From an uncultured Alphaproteobacteria bacterium (lineage in GTDB: Bacteria > Pseudomonadota > Alphaproteobacteria > HIMB59 > GCA-002718135), in contig CACMPM010000006.1 in NCBI GenBank assembly GCA_902615625.1, forward strand, positions 10,173 to 74,172: DNA of 64,000 nucleotides, given 5' to 3'. Positions 27,749 through 37,090 of this stretch are shown here, one piece after another. Position 1 is the stretch's first letter, and every line of letters starts with the position of its first letter. Position numbers and translations under genes: made by a program. Below the pieces are notes generated by a model. That model did no database searches. It was not told the origin of the DNA and saw only the letters and a program-made list of their open reading frames with translations.

Positions 27749-28987
27749 TTAGTTACACCATTCTCCTTGTTTAAATATTGGCGTTACAACTCCATCCTTA
27801 TCAACACCGTCAACATCAATTTTGCCTGAACCAATCATCCAATCAATGTGTATCATACTTGAATTACCACCTCTTTGAGTAATTTCATCTTTCGACAAGT
27901 CTTTTTTGGATTTAAAACATTTTGAGTAACACTGTCCTAAAGCAATATGAGAGGCAGCATTTTCATCAAATAGAGTGTTATAAAAAGTTATTCCTAATTG
28001 CGAAATCGGTGAACTATTAGGAACTAAGGCTACTTCACCAAGTCTTCTTGAGCCTTCATCTGAATCAAGAACTTTTAATAAAACATCTTGTCCTTTAGAG
28101 GATTTTGCATCAATAATTTTACCATTTTCAAAGCGAACGTTGATATCTTCAATTAGTGTTCCTTGATAAGATAGAGGTTTAGTTGAACAAACTTCACCAC
28201 TTACACGAGAAGCGTGAGGGGTTGTGAATACTTCTTCAGATGGAATATTTGGATTACAAATAATACCATTTTGAGCTTCTGAAGCACCGCCCATCCACTC
28301 ATGATCATCAGCAAGACCCACGGTTAAGGATGTTCCAGGACCAGAGTATTTTAAAGAATGAAAATTTTTTGTATTTAGCCAATCTGTTTTATCTCTTAAA
28401 TTTTTATTATGTTGATCCCATTCAGCTACAGGATCATCATTGCTTACTCTAGAAGCATGAAATATTGCATCTCCTAATTTTTTAATTGCTTCACTATCAT
28501 TAAGATCTGGGAAGACTCTTTTTGCCCATGCTTTTCCTGGCCATGAAATTATATTCCAGTTAATTTTAAATTCAGTAATTCTTTCTCTAGCTGGTTTATA
28601 TGCAACAGCATTAGCTTTATTTGCACGCGAAACTTTATCAGGATCAATTTCAGATAATAGCATGGGATCATCACCAGCAATAGCCATTCTAGCTGTATTG
28701 TTATCAAAAGCTTCACCCATCCCATTATAAAGCCAATTTGCTGCAACATTGAAAGATTCATCATTTCCATATTTAAATCGAGATAATGTAATATCAGAAT
28801 CATTGAAAAGTGGGGTCACAAGTCCAGCTCCTTCTTTGTAAGCATATTCGGCTATTTTTCTAACTAAAGGTAAAGATTCTAACGGTGCTGTTAATAAAAG
28901 GTTTTGACCTTTTTGAAGTGCGACTCCTCTTTTAATGGATAGATATGCGAGTTTATCAAGATTATTTGAATCTACTTCGTAAAACAT
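27749..28987 (-). CDS. M29-family aminopeptidase (AmpS/PepS-like)
   Basis: 412 aa. The N-terminus LAYLSIKRGVALQKGQNLLL and overall length and pattern match thermophilic-metalloprotease M29 aminopeptidases. Confidence 0.8.
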   Translation of the reverse strand: MFYEVDSNNLDKLAYLSIKRGVALQKGQNLLLTAPLESLPLVRKIAEYAYKEGAGLVTPLFNDSDITLSRFKYGNDESFNVAANWLYNGMGEAFDNNTARMAIAGDDPMLLSEIDPDKVSRANKANAVAYKPARERITEFKINWNIISWPGKAWAKRVFPDLNDSEAIKKLGDAIFHASRVSNDDPVAEWDQHNKNLRDKTDWLNTKNFHSLKYSGPGTSLTVGLADDHEWMGGASEAQNGIICNPNIPSEEVFTTPHASRVSGEVCSTKPLSYQGTLIEDINVRFENGKIIDAKSSKGQDVLLKVLDSDEGSRRLGEVALVPNSSPISQLGITFYNTLFDENAASHIALGQCYSKCFKSKKDLSKDEITQRGGNSSMIHIDWMIGSGKIDVDGVDKDGVVTPIFKQGEWCN

Positions 28988-29139
28988 TAATGTTATAATT
29001 AGTTTTTATATTCTAAAAAGTCTAGGGATTTTGAATTTAAAATTTATCTTTAATAATTTTAGCGAAAATCTTTCCACAAACTCTTGTTTTTTTCTAGATA
29101 TAAAAATATCAAATCTAGTCAAAAATAGTAAACTAAATT

Positions 29140-31056
29140 ATGGATTATGAACTTTTAGATAAAATTAATTTTCCATCTGACTTAAGAGAATTTAAAAAGA
29201 AAGATCTAAAGCAAATCTCAGAAGAATTAAGAGCTAAAACAATTGAGACTGTTTCAAAAACTGGTGGTCATCTTGGTGCTGGATTAGGAGTTGTTGAATT
29301 AACTGTAGCAATTCACTATGTCTTTAACACTCCACACGACAAGTTAATTTGGGATGTAGGACATCAAGCGTATCCTCATAAAATCATAACGGGTAGAAAA
29401 AAAAATATTGAGACACTAAGAAAAAAAGATGGTATTTATGGCTTTGTTAGAAGATCAGAAAGTGAATATGATCCATTTGGTACAGCTCATAGTTCAACAG
29501 CAGTTTCAGCAGGTTTGGGAATAAAAGCTGCAAAAGATATAAATAAAGATAATTCAAAAGTTATATGTGTTGTTGGGGATGGGGCCTTAAGTGCTGGCTT
29601 GGCATTTGAGGGACTCAATAATGCCGGTGCTCAAAAAAAAGGTTTAATTGTTATCCTTAATGATAATAAAATGTCAATTGATAAGCCAGTTGGTGCTATG
29701 AGCACATACCTTACAAAGTTGCTATCATCTAAATCTTATTCAAGTTTAAGAAATATTATAAAAAAAATTAGTAAAACTTTTCCAAAAAATATTACAGAAA
29801 CTCTTTATCGAACTGAAGAATATTCTAAGGGACTTATTTCTGGTGGTACTTTATTTGAAGAATTAGGTTTTTATTATCTTGGTCCAATAGATGGGCATAA
29901 TGTTAATAACTTGGTAAATGTTTTAGAAAATATAAAAGATAATAAATTTGATAAACCAGTGTTTCTTCATTGCATAACTAGAAAGGGTAAAGGATACAGT
30001 CCAGCAGAAAAATCTGAAGATAAATTTCATGGTGTAGAAAAGTTTGATATTAATACTGGTAACTCAGTTAAAAAAACAAATTTAAAATCTTACTCAAATG
30101 TCTTTGGAGAAAAACTAGTAAAACTTGCCGAAAATGATGAAAAAATTGTAGCAATAACAGCTGCTATGATGTCTGGCACTGGCTTAAAATTATTCCAACA
30201 AAAATTTGAAAAAAGATTTTTCGATGTGGGTATTGCCGAACAACATGCTGTTACTATGGCAGCTGGATTGGCTACAGAGGGTTTTAAACCATTTGTTGCA
30301 ATTTATTCAACATTTCTACAAAGAGCATATGATCAAATCGTACATGATGTAGCTATTCAAAAATTGCCTGTTAGATTTGCAATTGATAGGGCGGGATTAG
30401 TTGGTTCAGATGGTCCGACTCATGCTGGCTCATTTGATATTACCTATTTAGCTACACTTCCAAATTTTATCGTTATGGCACCTAGCAATCAAAGAGAATT
30501 ATCAAAAATGATAGAGTTATCTTGTGCAATAAATGACACACCATCTGCTTTTAGATTTCCAAGAGGAACGGGATCAGATGAACTATTTAACAATCAACCC
30601 ACAGATATTGATATAGGTAAGGGATATGTTCTAATTGAAGGTAATGATGTTGCTATCTTAAATTTAGGAACGAGACTTGAAAAATGCATTGAAGCTAGTA
30701 AGTTTCTTAATCAAAATAATATTTATCCTACTATTGCAGATGCAAGATTTGCAAAACCATTAGACACACAATTAATAGATAACTTATTAAATAATCATAA
30801 GTATATTTTAACCATCGAAGAAGGTTCTATTGGTGGATTTTCATCACACTTTTTACATTATGTTCATAATATCAGATCAAAGAACAATGGTGTTGTGATA
30901 AAAAATTTAATTTTTCCAGACCGATTTGTAGAACATATGACCCCAGACGAACAATATGAAGATATTAAAATGAATACGGAATCAATAATCAGAAAAATTA
31001 ATAGTTTTTATGACAATAAAATTGTTGATATAAAAAATTTTAAATTAAAAGTTTAA
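29140..31056 (+). CDS. dxs: 1-deoxy-D-xylulose-5-phosphate synthase
   Basis: 638 aa with GGHLGAGLGVVEL, DVGHQAYPHKIITGR and the TPP-binding GDGALSAG. Confidence 0.95.
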   Translation: MDYELLDKINFPSDLREFKKKDLKQISEELRAKTIETVSKTGGHLGAGLGVVELTVAIHYVFNTPHDKLIWDVGHQAYPHKIITGRKKNIETLRKKDGIYGFVRRSESEYDPFGTAHSSTAVSAGLGIKAAKDINKDNSKVICVVGDGALSAGLAFEGLNNAGAQKKGLIVILNDNKMSIDKPVGAMSTYLTKLLSSKSYSSLRNIIKKISKTFPKNITETLYRTEEYSKGLISGGTLFEELGFYYLGPIDGHNVNNLVNVLENIKDNKFDKPVFLHCITRKGKGYSPAEKSEDKFHGVEKFDINTGNSVKKTNLKSYSNVFGEKLVKLAENDEKIVAITAAMMSGTGLKLFQQKFEKRFFDVGIAEQHAVTMAAGLATEGFKPFVAIYSTFLQRAYDQIVHDVAIQKLPVRFAIDRAGLVGSDGPTHAGSFDITYLATLPNFIVMAPSNQRELSKMIELSCAINDTPSAFRFPRGTGSDELFNNQPTDIDIGKGYVLIEGNDVAILNLGTRLEKCIEASKFLNQNNIYPTIADARFAKPLDTQLIDNLLNNHKYILTIEEGSIGGFSSHFLHYVHNIRSKNNGVVIKNLIFPDRFVEHMTPDEQYEDIKMNTESIIRKINSFYDNKIVDIKNFKLKV

Positions 31057-31074
31057 TTTTTATAAAATTTATTA

Positions 31075-31860
31075 ATGAAGAAATTAAATCTTTTACATAA
31101 AAGTTTTTCCAAACCGATAAGCTGTTTAACTGCGTATTCTCCATCAATTGCAAAGATTTTAGATGGAAAAATTGATTTAATTCTAGTTGGAGATTCTCTA
31201 GGTTCAACACTCTATGGGATGAAGAATACTCAAGGAGTAACTATAGAAATGATGAAAAATCATGGTGCAGCTGTTAATAAGGAAATTAAGAGAAGTTTAA
31301 AAGTTTTAGATATGCCTTATAAAACATATGATAACAAAATTGATGCATATAAAAATGCTAAATTACTTTTAAATCACTGTAAACCTGATTTACTAAAAAT
31401 AGAAATTAGTAAAAAAAAATTAGTTGTTTTGAAACATTTAGTGGATAAAAAAATAAATGTCATTTCTCATATTGGAGTAACACCACAAAGTTATAAAAAT
31501 TTTAATAAAATTAAAGTTTTGGGAAAAACTAATAAAGAAAAACAAAAATTATTAAAGTTAGCAAAAGAATCTGAAACTCTTGGAGCAAAAGCTGTATTGT
31601 TAGAATGTATAACAGCCGATACAGCTAAACTAATTACAGAAAATATTTCGATACCTACAATAGGTATAGGTGCTTCAAGATATTGTGATGGTCAAGTTTT
31701 AGTATTTGATGATTTAATAAATCTAAGTACAAATGATAAAAAACCAAGATTTGTAAAAAATTTTTTTAATTTTAAAAAAATTGCCAGTAATGTGGTCAAG
31801 AATTATAATCGAGAAGTTAAGCTTAAAAAATTTCCTAGTACTAAATTTACATATAATTAA
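31075..31860 (+). CDS. panB: 3-methyl-2-oxobutanoate hydroxymethyltransferase
   Basis: 261 aa with CLTAYS...LVGDSLG and HIGVTPQS motifs. Confidence 0.9.
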   Translation: MKKLNLLHKSFSKPISCLTAYSPSIAKILDGKIDLILVGDSLGSTLYGMKNTQGVTIEMMKNHGAAVNKEIKRSLKVLDMPYKTYDNKIDAYKNAKLLLNHCKPDLLKIEISKKKLVVLKHLVDKKINVISHIGVTPQSYKNFNKIKVLGKTNKEKQKLLKLAKESETLGAKAVLLECITADTAKLITENISIPTIGIGASRYCDGQVLVFDDLINLSTNDKKPRFVKNFFNFKKIASNVVKNYNREVKLKKFPSTKFTYN

Positions 31861-32489
31861 TCTAAATCTATAAAATTATTATTATTATCTAGAAACTTGA
31901 TTAAACCGGAATTTATTTGATACCACAAACCAATTACATTAAGTTTATTTTCTTTAATTAATTTATCTATAAAATTATATTCACGTAAATTTTTTATTGA
32001 TTGTTTTATATTTTCCTGCTCAAAAAAAGTTATTTTTTCAGTTTCTGTAAAATTATCAGGGATATTGTTATAAGAATTTTGTAAACAACTTACCCATTGA
32101 TTTATGTACTCAAAATCATTTATATTTTTTTTATCTAATAATGTTTTGTAAGAATAGGCAACTCCACCACAATTTGAGTGACCTAAAATAATTAAGTTTG
32201 GAATTTTTAGAACTTTTAATGCGTATTCTATAGCAGATAATGTTTGTATATTTTGATCCTTATCATTTTTGGAAGGTACAATATTAGCAATATTTCTATG
32301 TATAAAATAATCTCCAACACTTCCACCAAATATCGTATTTTCAAGAATTCTAGAATCACAACAAGTAATAATCATAGCAATTGGTTTTTGTGGAGTTTGA
32401 GAAGCTTGCAGGTATATTTCTTTAAAATCTTCAAAGGTATTCTTTTTCCAGAATTGATATCTTTCAGTTAAAAATTTTGGTATTTCCAT
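31857..32489 (-). CDS. Beta-class carbonic anhydrase
   Basis: 210 aa. CCDSR and GHSNCGG are the zinc-ligand motifs. Confidence 0.9.
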   Translation of the reverse strand: MEIPKFLTERYQFWKKNTFEDFKEIYLQASQTPQKPIAMIITCCDSRILENTIFGGSVGDYFIHRNIANIVPSKNDKDQNIQTLSAIEYALKVLKIPNLIILGHSNCGGVAYSYKTLLDKKNINDFEYINQWVSCLQNSYNNIPDNFTETEKITFFEQENIKQSIKNLREYNFIDKLIKENKLNVIGLWYQINSGLIKFLDNNNNFIDLD

Positions 32490-32529
32490 AATATTATTTA
32501 TTTAGAAATTATTTATATAACAAAATTTA

Positions 32530-33504
32530 ATGAAAAAGGAAATTAGTAGAAAATTCTGTGTAGCTCCAATGATGGGGTATACAACACCATATGCAAGGAA
32601 ACTTTATAGAATTTTATCAAAAAATAGTTTTTTATTTAGTGAAATGATAGCAACAAAATCTCTGATTTATTCAAAGAGTAAAGATAATATTATTGATAAT
32701 GACTTTAACAACCCTGTTGCTCTTCAGGTAGGTGGTTCTGAAATAGACGAATTAACAAAAGCATCAAAAATAGCAGTAGATTACAATTATGATGAAATTA
32801 ATTTAAACGTTGGATGTCCTAGCAAAGCAGTACAAAAGGGAAGTTTTGGTGCATGTCTTATGAGAGATAAAATTCTTGTTAGAAATTGTATTGAAGCTTT
32901 ACAAAATGATAAAATTGAAGCAACATTAAAATGTAGATTGGGACTAGGTAAAGAATTAAATTATGAATTCTTTGAAGAGTTTATTGATGAAATATCAAAA
33001 ACTGGAATTAAATTTATTTATGTACATGCAAGAAATGCGATTCTAAGCGGTATTAGTCCGCAAGGTAATAGAACAATACCTCCCCTTAATTATAATTTTG
33101 TAAAAGAAATCAAAAATAAATACCCCAGTATAACATTTATTCTCAACGGAGGTATAAATGATCTTGATGAAGCAGAGAATCTATTAAAAGAATTTGATGG
33201 TATAATGCTTGGAAGATTAATTAAAAACAATCCTTTCATATTAAAAGAGGTTGATAAAAAAATTTTTAAAGAAAAAGATAAATTAATTGATGAATCAATA
33301 ATTGTTAATTATTTTGAGTATATAAAACCTAAATTAGGTTTTGAGTCAATATTTAGGTTATTAAGCCCTCTACTTAGTATTTTTTTTTCAGTTCCTCATA
33401 GCAAGTCTTATAAATCTAAAATAAATGATTACATGAAAGATCAAAGGATTCATTTAATTGAGGACTTATTAATAAAATTTGTTAGTGAAAGAAATCTTAG
33501 TTAA
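32530..33504 (+). CDS. dusA: tRNA-dihydrouridine synthase A
   Basis: 324 aa with VAPMMGYTTPYAR, INLNVGCPS and the DusA-type C-terminal region. Confidence 0.9.
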   Translation: MKKEISRKFCVAPMMGYTTPYARKLYRILSKNSFLFSEMIATKSLIYSKSKDNIIDNDFNNPVALQVGGSEIDELTKASKIAVDYNYDEINLNVGCPSKAVQKGSFGACLMRDKILVRNCIEALQNDKIEATLKCRLGLGKELNYEFFEEFIDEISKTGIKFIYVHARNAILSGISPQGNRTIPPLNYNFVKEIKNKYPSITFILNGGINDLDEAENLLKEFDGIMLGRLIKNNPFILKEVDKKIFKEKDKLIDESIIVNYFEYIKPKLGFESIFRLLSPLLSIFFSVPHSKSYKSKINDYMKDQRIHLIEDLLIKFVSERNLS

Positions 33505-33508
33505 ATTT

Positions 33509-34039
33509 TTAATAAGGTATATGGTAAGAAAAACTTAAAATTTCAACTCCTGGATTTTTATCAGCTAAATTAGCATTTGAAATGTGACTAAATGAAATAC
33601 CAATTCTATTTTTATTCTTTAATTCATAGCTTAATTCAAGTGAAGTTCTAAACTGCAGATCGTTTCCTAATTTTTTTCCAGAACCATCATCATAAATACC
33701 TGCTCCAAAACTTGGTGTAAAAAAAAATTTACTTTCATCTCCTTCAAATAATTCACCTAGGTTATCCTCTAAATAAATTCCGGTTAAAAAATAAGATGCG
33801 GAGTCGTTAGTAAATTCAACACCAAAGAAAGGTTTTAAGAAAAAAAAATTATCTTCTTCTGGTCCAATATCTAGTAAAGATTTATCACTTCTATATTCAT
33901 ATCTAAAATCTGTAGCTTGATTTTTTTCAGAACCATCAAATTTTATATCATAAATTCCTAAACCAAAAACATTAGTCCCTTTACTAGCTATAGAATTTGA
34001 GAAAAAAATAATTGATGCTAAGATAAATATTCTGATCAC
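33509..34039 (-). CDS. Small outer-membrane beta-barrel protein, PagL/acyloxyacyl-hydrolase-like
   Basis: 176 aa with a signal peptide and an alternating beta-strand pattern. The SFSHISNA motif (His/Ser spacing as in the lipid A deacylase family) is present, and the C-terminus is aromatic (...HIPY). GTG start. Confidence 0.5.
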   Translation of the reverse strand: MIRIFILASIIFFSNSIASKGTNVFGLGIYDIKFDGSEKNQATDFRYEYRSDKSLLDIGPEEDNFFFLKPFFGVEFTNDSASYFLTGIYLEDNLGELFEGDESKFFFTPSFGAGIYDDGSGKKLGNDLQFRTSLELSYELKNKNRIGISFSHISNANLADKNPGVEILSFSYHIPY

Positions 34040-34070
34040 GATATTATCTTATAATTATTTGGCTAAGCTA

Positions 34071-34937
34071 TCAAATAAAAAATTCTTTATTTTGTTGAGA
34101 TATATCTAATATAGCTTTTCTTAATTTATCTAATGCTTTAGTTTCTATTTGCCTTACTCTTTCTTTGCTTATTTTTAATTTTTGTCCTAGCTCATCTAAG
34201 GTTATGCTTTTTTCTCGAAATTTTCTAAGATGAATAATCGTTTTCTCTCTCTCATTTAAAGTATCAATAGCTTTATTGATATAATCTTTTTTTATATTTT
34301 TATCATTAAAATCTTCATATGTTTCTTCAGGGTTTTGACGTTCATCTGCTAGAAGGCTCATGAGATCATTTTCAGTTTCGTTATCAACTTTTTGATTAAG
34401 ATGTAAATCGCCTCCAGTAAGTCTTGACTCCATGTTTTGAACTTCTATAGATTTAACATTGAGCATATTTGATACTTTATTAAGCTCTTCCTGACCCATA
34501 AATTCCCTTGAAACATCATTTATTTGTTGTTTAATCTTTTTAAGATTGAAAAATAAAGCTTTCTGAGAGGCGGTGGAACCAGTTCTTACTACTGACCAGT
34601 TTTTTAAGATATAATCCTGAATTGAAGCTCTAATCCACCATGAGGCATAAGTTGAAAGTCTAAAATCTTTAGAGGTATCAAATTTTTCTAAAGCATGCAT
34701 AATTCCTAAAACACCTTCGTGTATTAAATCATCAATTGGTAATCCGTAACTAGAATATTTTCTTGCATATGAAACAGCTAGCCGTAGATAAGAGTTAAGG
34801 ATTTTTTGAAGTGATTTTGGGGTTTTGTTATCTCTCCAATCATTAATTAAATAAAATTCTTCATCTTTTTCGAGAATAGCTGCTTTCTTTGAAAGCTCTA
34901 TAAGATTATTGGAAAAGAAAAAATTTTTAGCAACCAT
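34071..34937 (-). CDS. rpoH: RNA polymerase sigma-32 (heat-shock sigma factor)
   Basis: 288 aa. It has sigma-70 regions 2-4 and an RpoH-box-like SQKALFFNLKKIK. Confidence 0.9.
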   Translation of the reverse strand: MVAKNFFFSNNLIELSKKAAILEKDEEFYLINDWRDNKTPKSLQKILNSYLRLAVSYARKYSSYGLPIDDLIHEGVLGIMHALEKFDTSKDFRLSTYASWWIRASIQDYILKNWSVVRTGSTASQKALFFNLKKIKQQINDVSREFMGQEELNKVSNMLNVKSIEVQNMESRLTGGDLHLNQKVDNETENDLMSLLADERQNPEETYEDFNDKNIKKDYINKAIDTLNEREKTIIHLRKFREKSITLDELGQKLKISKERVRQIETKALDKLRKAILDISQQNKEFFI

Positions 34938-34968
34938 ACAATATTATACGTAGCATATCTAAATTGGA

Positions 34969-35781
34969 TCATTTATTTTCAAATAAATCTAAAATTTCCC
35001 CATTTTCTGAAAAAATACCGCACAAAACACTATTATTGGACAAAGGTTGTTTGAATAAAGTACAAACAATATCATTTTTTGAAATTTCCTTTTGATTTAA
35101 GTGCTCAGATTCATAACCTCTTACAATTCTTGAAAATGTTTTGTATGGTCTGTCTATTGAAGAAAAATTTTGAAAACCCCACCAAAAACAATCATTTTGT
35201 GCAGATAAAGGTCTAGTTATATCTACACCTCTATTAACAAATAATATTTTTTTTGTATTTGAATAAGCAGCGTGTTTCAAACTTAAAAAGTATTGTGTAT
35301 GGCCTAAATTGTTCTGAAGAGTTTTATTAAGATTTGTCGTCCATTTTGATATATTCATGGTTCCTGATGAGGCTATGCGTCTGACTTCACTCTCAGAAAA
35401 ACCATATGATTTTATTGTTTCATTTACACCGTGATCAAACATCCATTCAATTATCTCAGTCGGGTTGGGAGCAATTTGAAGTTGTAATAATTTACTAAAC
35501 ATTTCTTCTTGCGCTCCTCTTAAAAATACTATGGACTCAGGCTTTAATTTAAACTTTGCCATCAATTTAAATCTTAAATCTATAACGCTACTGAGAGTTT
35601 CTTTCGAGTTATTACCTAGTCCAATAACGTTACCAAGAAAGATTAATTTATCAAATGCTGCAAAATTATTTAATAGGAATTTTTTTATAGAAGTAAAAGA
35701 TTTTAGATTTGAATGAATAGAGCCTATTGCCCATATTTTATTGGTTTTTTTTAATTCTACAAAGTTACTTTTTTTATCCAA
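34969..35781 (-). CDS. Calcineurin-like metallophosphoesterase homolog with all metal-binding motifs substituted (probable pseudo-enzyme)
   Basis: 270 aa. It aligns by eye to the ApaH/PrpE/lambda-phosphatase layout. GDxHG becomes GSIHS, GDxxDRG becomes GNVIGLG, GNHE becomes GAQE and HxG becomes NRG. TTG start 4 nt after the carD stop. Confidence 0.6.
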   Translation of the reverse strand: MDKKSNFVELKKTNKIWAIGSIHSNLKSFTSIKKFLLNNFAAFDKLIFLGNVIGLGNNSKETLSSVIDLRFKLMAKFKLKPESIVFLRGAQEEMFSKLLQLQIAPNPTEIIEWMFDHGVNETIKSYGFSESEVRRIASSGTMNISKWTTNLNKTLQNNLGHTQYFLSLKHAAYSNTKKILFVNRGVDITRPLSAQNDCFWWGFQNFSSIDRPYKTFSRIVRGYESEHLNQKEISKNDIVCTLFKQPLSNNSVLCGIFSENGEILDLFENK

Positions 35782-35785
35782 AATA

Positions 35786-36289
35786 TTATTTGTTAATCAA
35801 AATTTGTTCTATTTTTTCTGTCGTTTGAAAATAATCAGTTTTTTCAACTGCAGCAACTTCTCTTGCTAAACGCTCAATTGCAACTTGAAACATCTGTCTT
35901 TCACTGTAAGATTGTTCAGCTTGACTGCTTTTTCTGAATAAGTCTCTAACTACTTCGGAGATTTTTATAGGATCACCTGAAAAAATCTTTGTTTCATATT
36001 CTTGAGCTCTTCTGCTCCACATAATTCTTCTAATTCTTGGTTTAAGTTTTAATGTAGAATAAACCTCGTCTATAGTTTTTTTTGAGGAAATTTTTCTGAG
36101 ACCAACCTCATCTTTTTTATCAAGAGGTACTCTTATTATAAGTTTAGACTGCTCCATTTTGACAACATAAAAATTCGTTTTGATATTGGTCACTTCCATG
36201 TTTTCTATTTTTATGATTTCACCTACTCCATGTTTAGGGTAAACTACAATCTCACCAATTTTAAATTCAGAACTTTTTTTTGTTTTCAT
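35786..36289 (-). CDS. carD: CarD/CdnL-family transcriptional regulator
   Basis: 167 aa with FKIGEIVVYPKHGVGEI (the RNAP-interacting Tudor-like N-terminus). Confidence 0.9.
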   Translation of the reverse strand: MKTKKSSEFKIGEIVVYPKHGVGEIIKIENMEVTNIKTNFYVVKMEQSKLIIRVPLDKKDEVGLRKISSKKTIDEVYSTLKLKPRIRRIMWSRRAQEYETKIFSGDPIKISEVVRDLFRKSSQAEQSYSERQMFQVAIERLAREVAAVEKTDYFQTTEKIEQILINK

Positions 36290-36622
36290 TTACCTTCCTG
36301 GTTTTTCACTAAAGTGCTTATTAAACTTATCATCAATATTTTGCCACTTTTCTGCATCAACTGGAGGTTCTTTTTTTTCAGAAATATTAGGCCAAATTTC
36401 AGAGTATTTTCTATTAATTTCTGCCCATTTTTCTATACCATCTTCTGTATCTGATAAAATTGCCTCAACAGGACATTCTGGTTCACAAACACCGCAATCT
36501 ATACATTCATCTGGATGTATAACTAGCATATTTTCCCCTTCATAGAAACAATCTACAGGGCAAACTTCTACACAATCCATATGCTTACATTTAATACATT
36601 TTTCATCAACAACGTATGTCAT
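36290..36622 (-). CDS. fdxA: 7Fe ferredoxin (FdxA type)
   Basis: 110 aa with [18 protein letters not shown] and [12 protein letters not shown] cluster motifs. Confidence 0.9.
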   Translation of the reverse strand: MTYVVDEKCIKCKHMDCVEVCPVDCFYEGENMLVIHPDECIDCGVCEPECPVEAILSDTEDGIEKWAEINRKYSEIWPNISEKKEPPVDAEKWQNIDDKFNKHFSEKPGR

Positions 36623-36623
36623 A

Positions 36624-37070
36624 TTACTTATAATTTTTATCTAGAGCTCTTTTCTTTGCATTTCCAGAGTCTACATCAGAAATGTAAAGTAATCCAGCAA
36701 GTCTTCTTATAAGATTTGATTCAAAATCATGAATCTCTCCATCAGATAATACAATTTCCCATAAAATTTCGATCAAAAGAATTTTCTTTTTATCGTCAAA
36801 ATTTTTATTAATAAAGGAAGTATAATGATGAAGGGATCTAGAATTATTTTTATTTTCCTTTGCTTTTTCAAGAACTAAATCAACTTCTTTTGGATCCTCA
36901 GAAAAAATATTAATTAAACTTAGTTTTATTTTATTTAATTCACTTGCATCGATTTGACCATCTGTATATGCAGCTTCGATCATTAATCCACAAAGTAATT
37001 CTAAATCTTTGTTATTATTATCTTCTTTAGAATTTTGACTATTTAAAATATTTTTTAATAAGTTTAGCAA
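36624..37070 (-). CDS. TerB-like / DjlA N-terminal-domain-like protein
   Basis: 148 aa. Two DG(Q/E)I repeats ([20 protein letters not shown]) match the TerB fold family. TTG start. Confidence 0.55.
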   Translation of the reverse strand: MLNLLKNILNSQNSKEDNNNKDLELLCGLMIEAAYTDGQIDASELNKIKLSLINIFSEDPKEVDLVLEKAKENKNNSRSLHHYTSFINKNFDDKKKILLIEILWEIVLSDGEIHDFESNLIRRLAGLLYISDVDSGNAKKRALDKNYK

Positions 37071-37090
37071 TTTATACCTATAATATATAT

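Noticed and set aside
31857-31860. Convergent genes sharing stop codons or overlapping 3' ends: panB/carbonic anhydrase at TTAA, asparaginase/DUF3429 at 55127-55140, TPR-GT2/GT8 at 61939-61950, and the tRNA-Arg end 1 nt from the asd stop
   Set aside because: This is real but is a general consequence of extreme genome compaction rather than a specific system. It implies missing terminators and possible antisense read-through, but nothing locus-specific.
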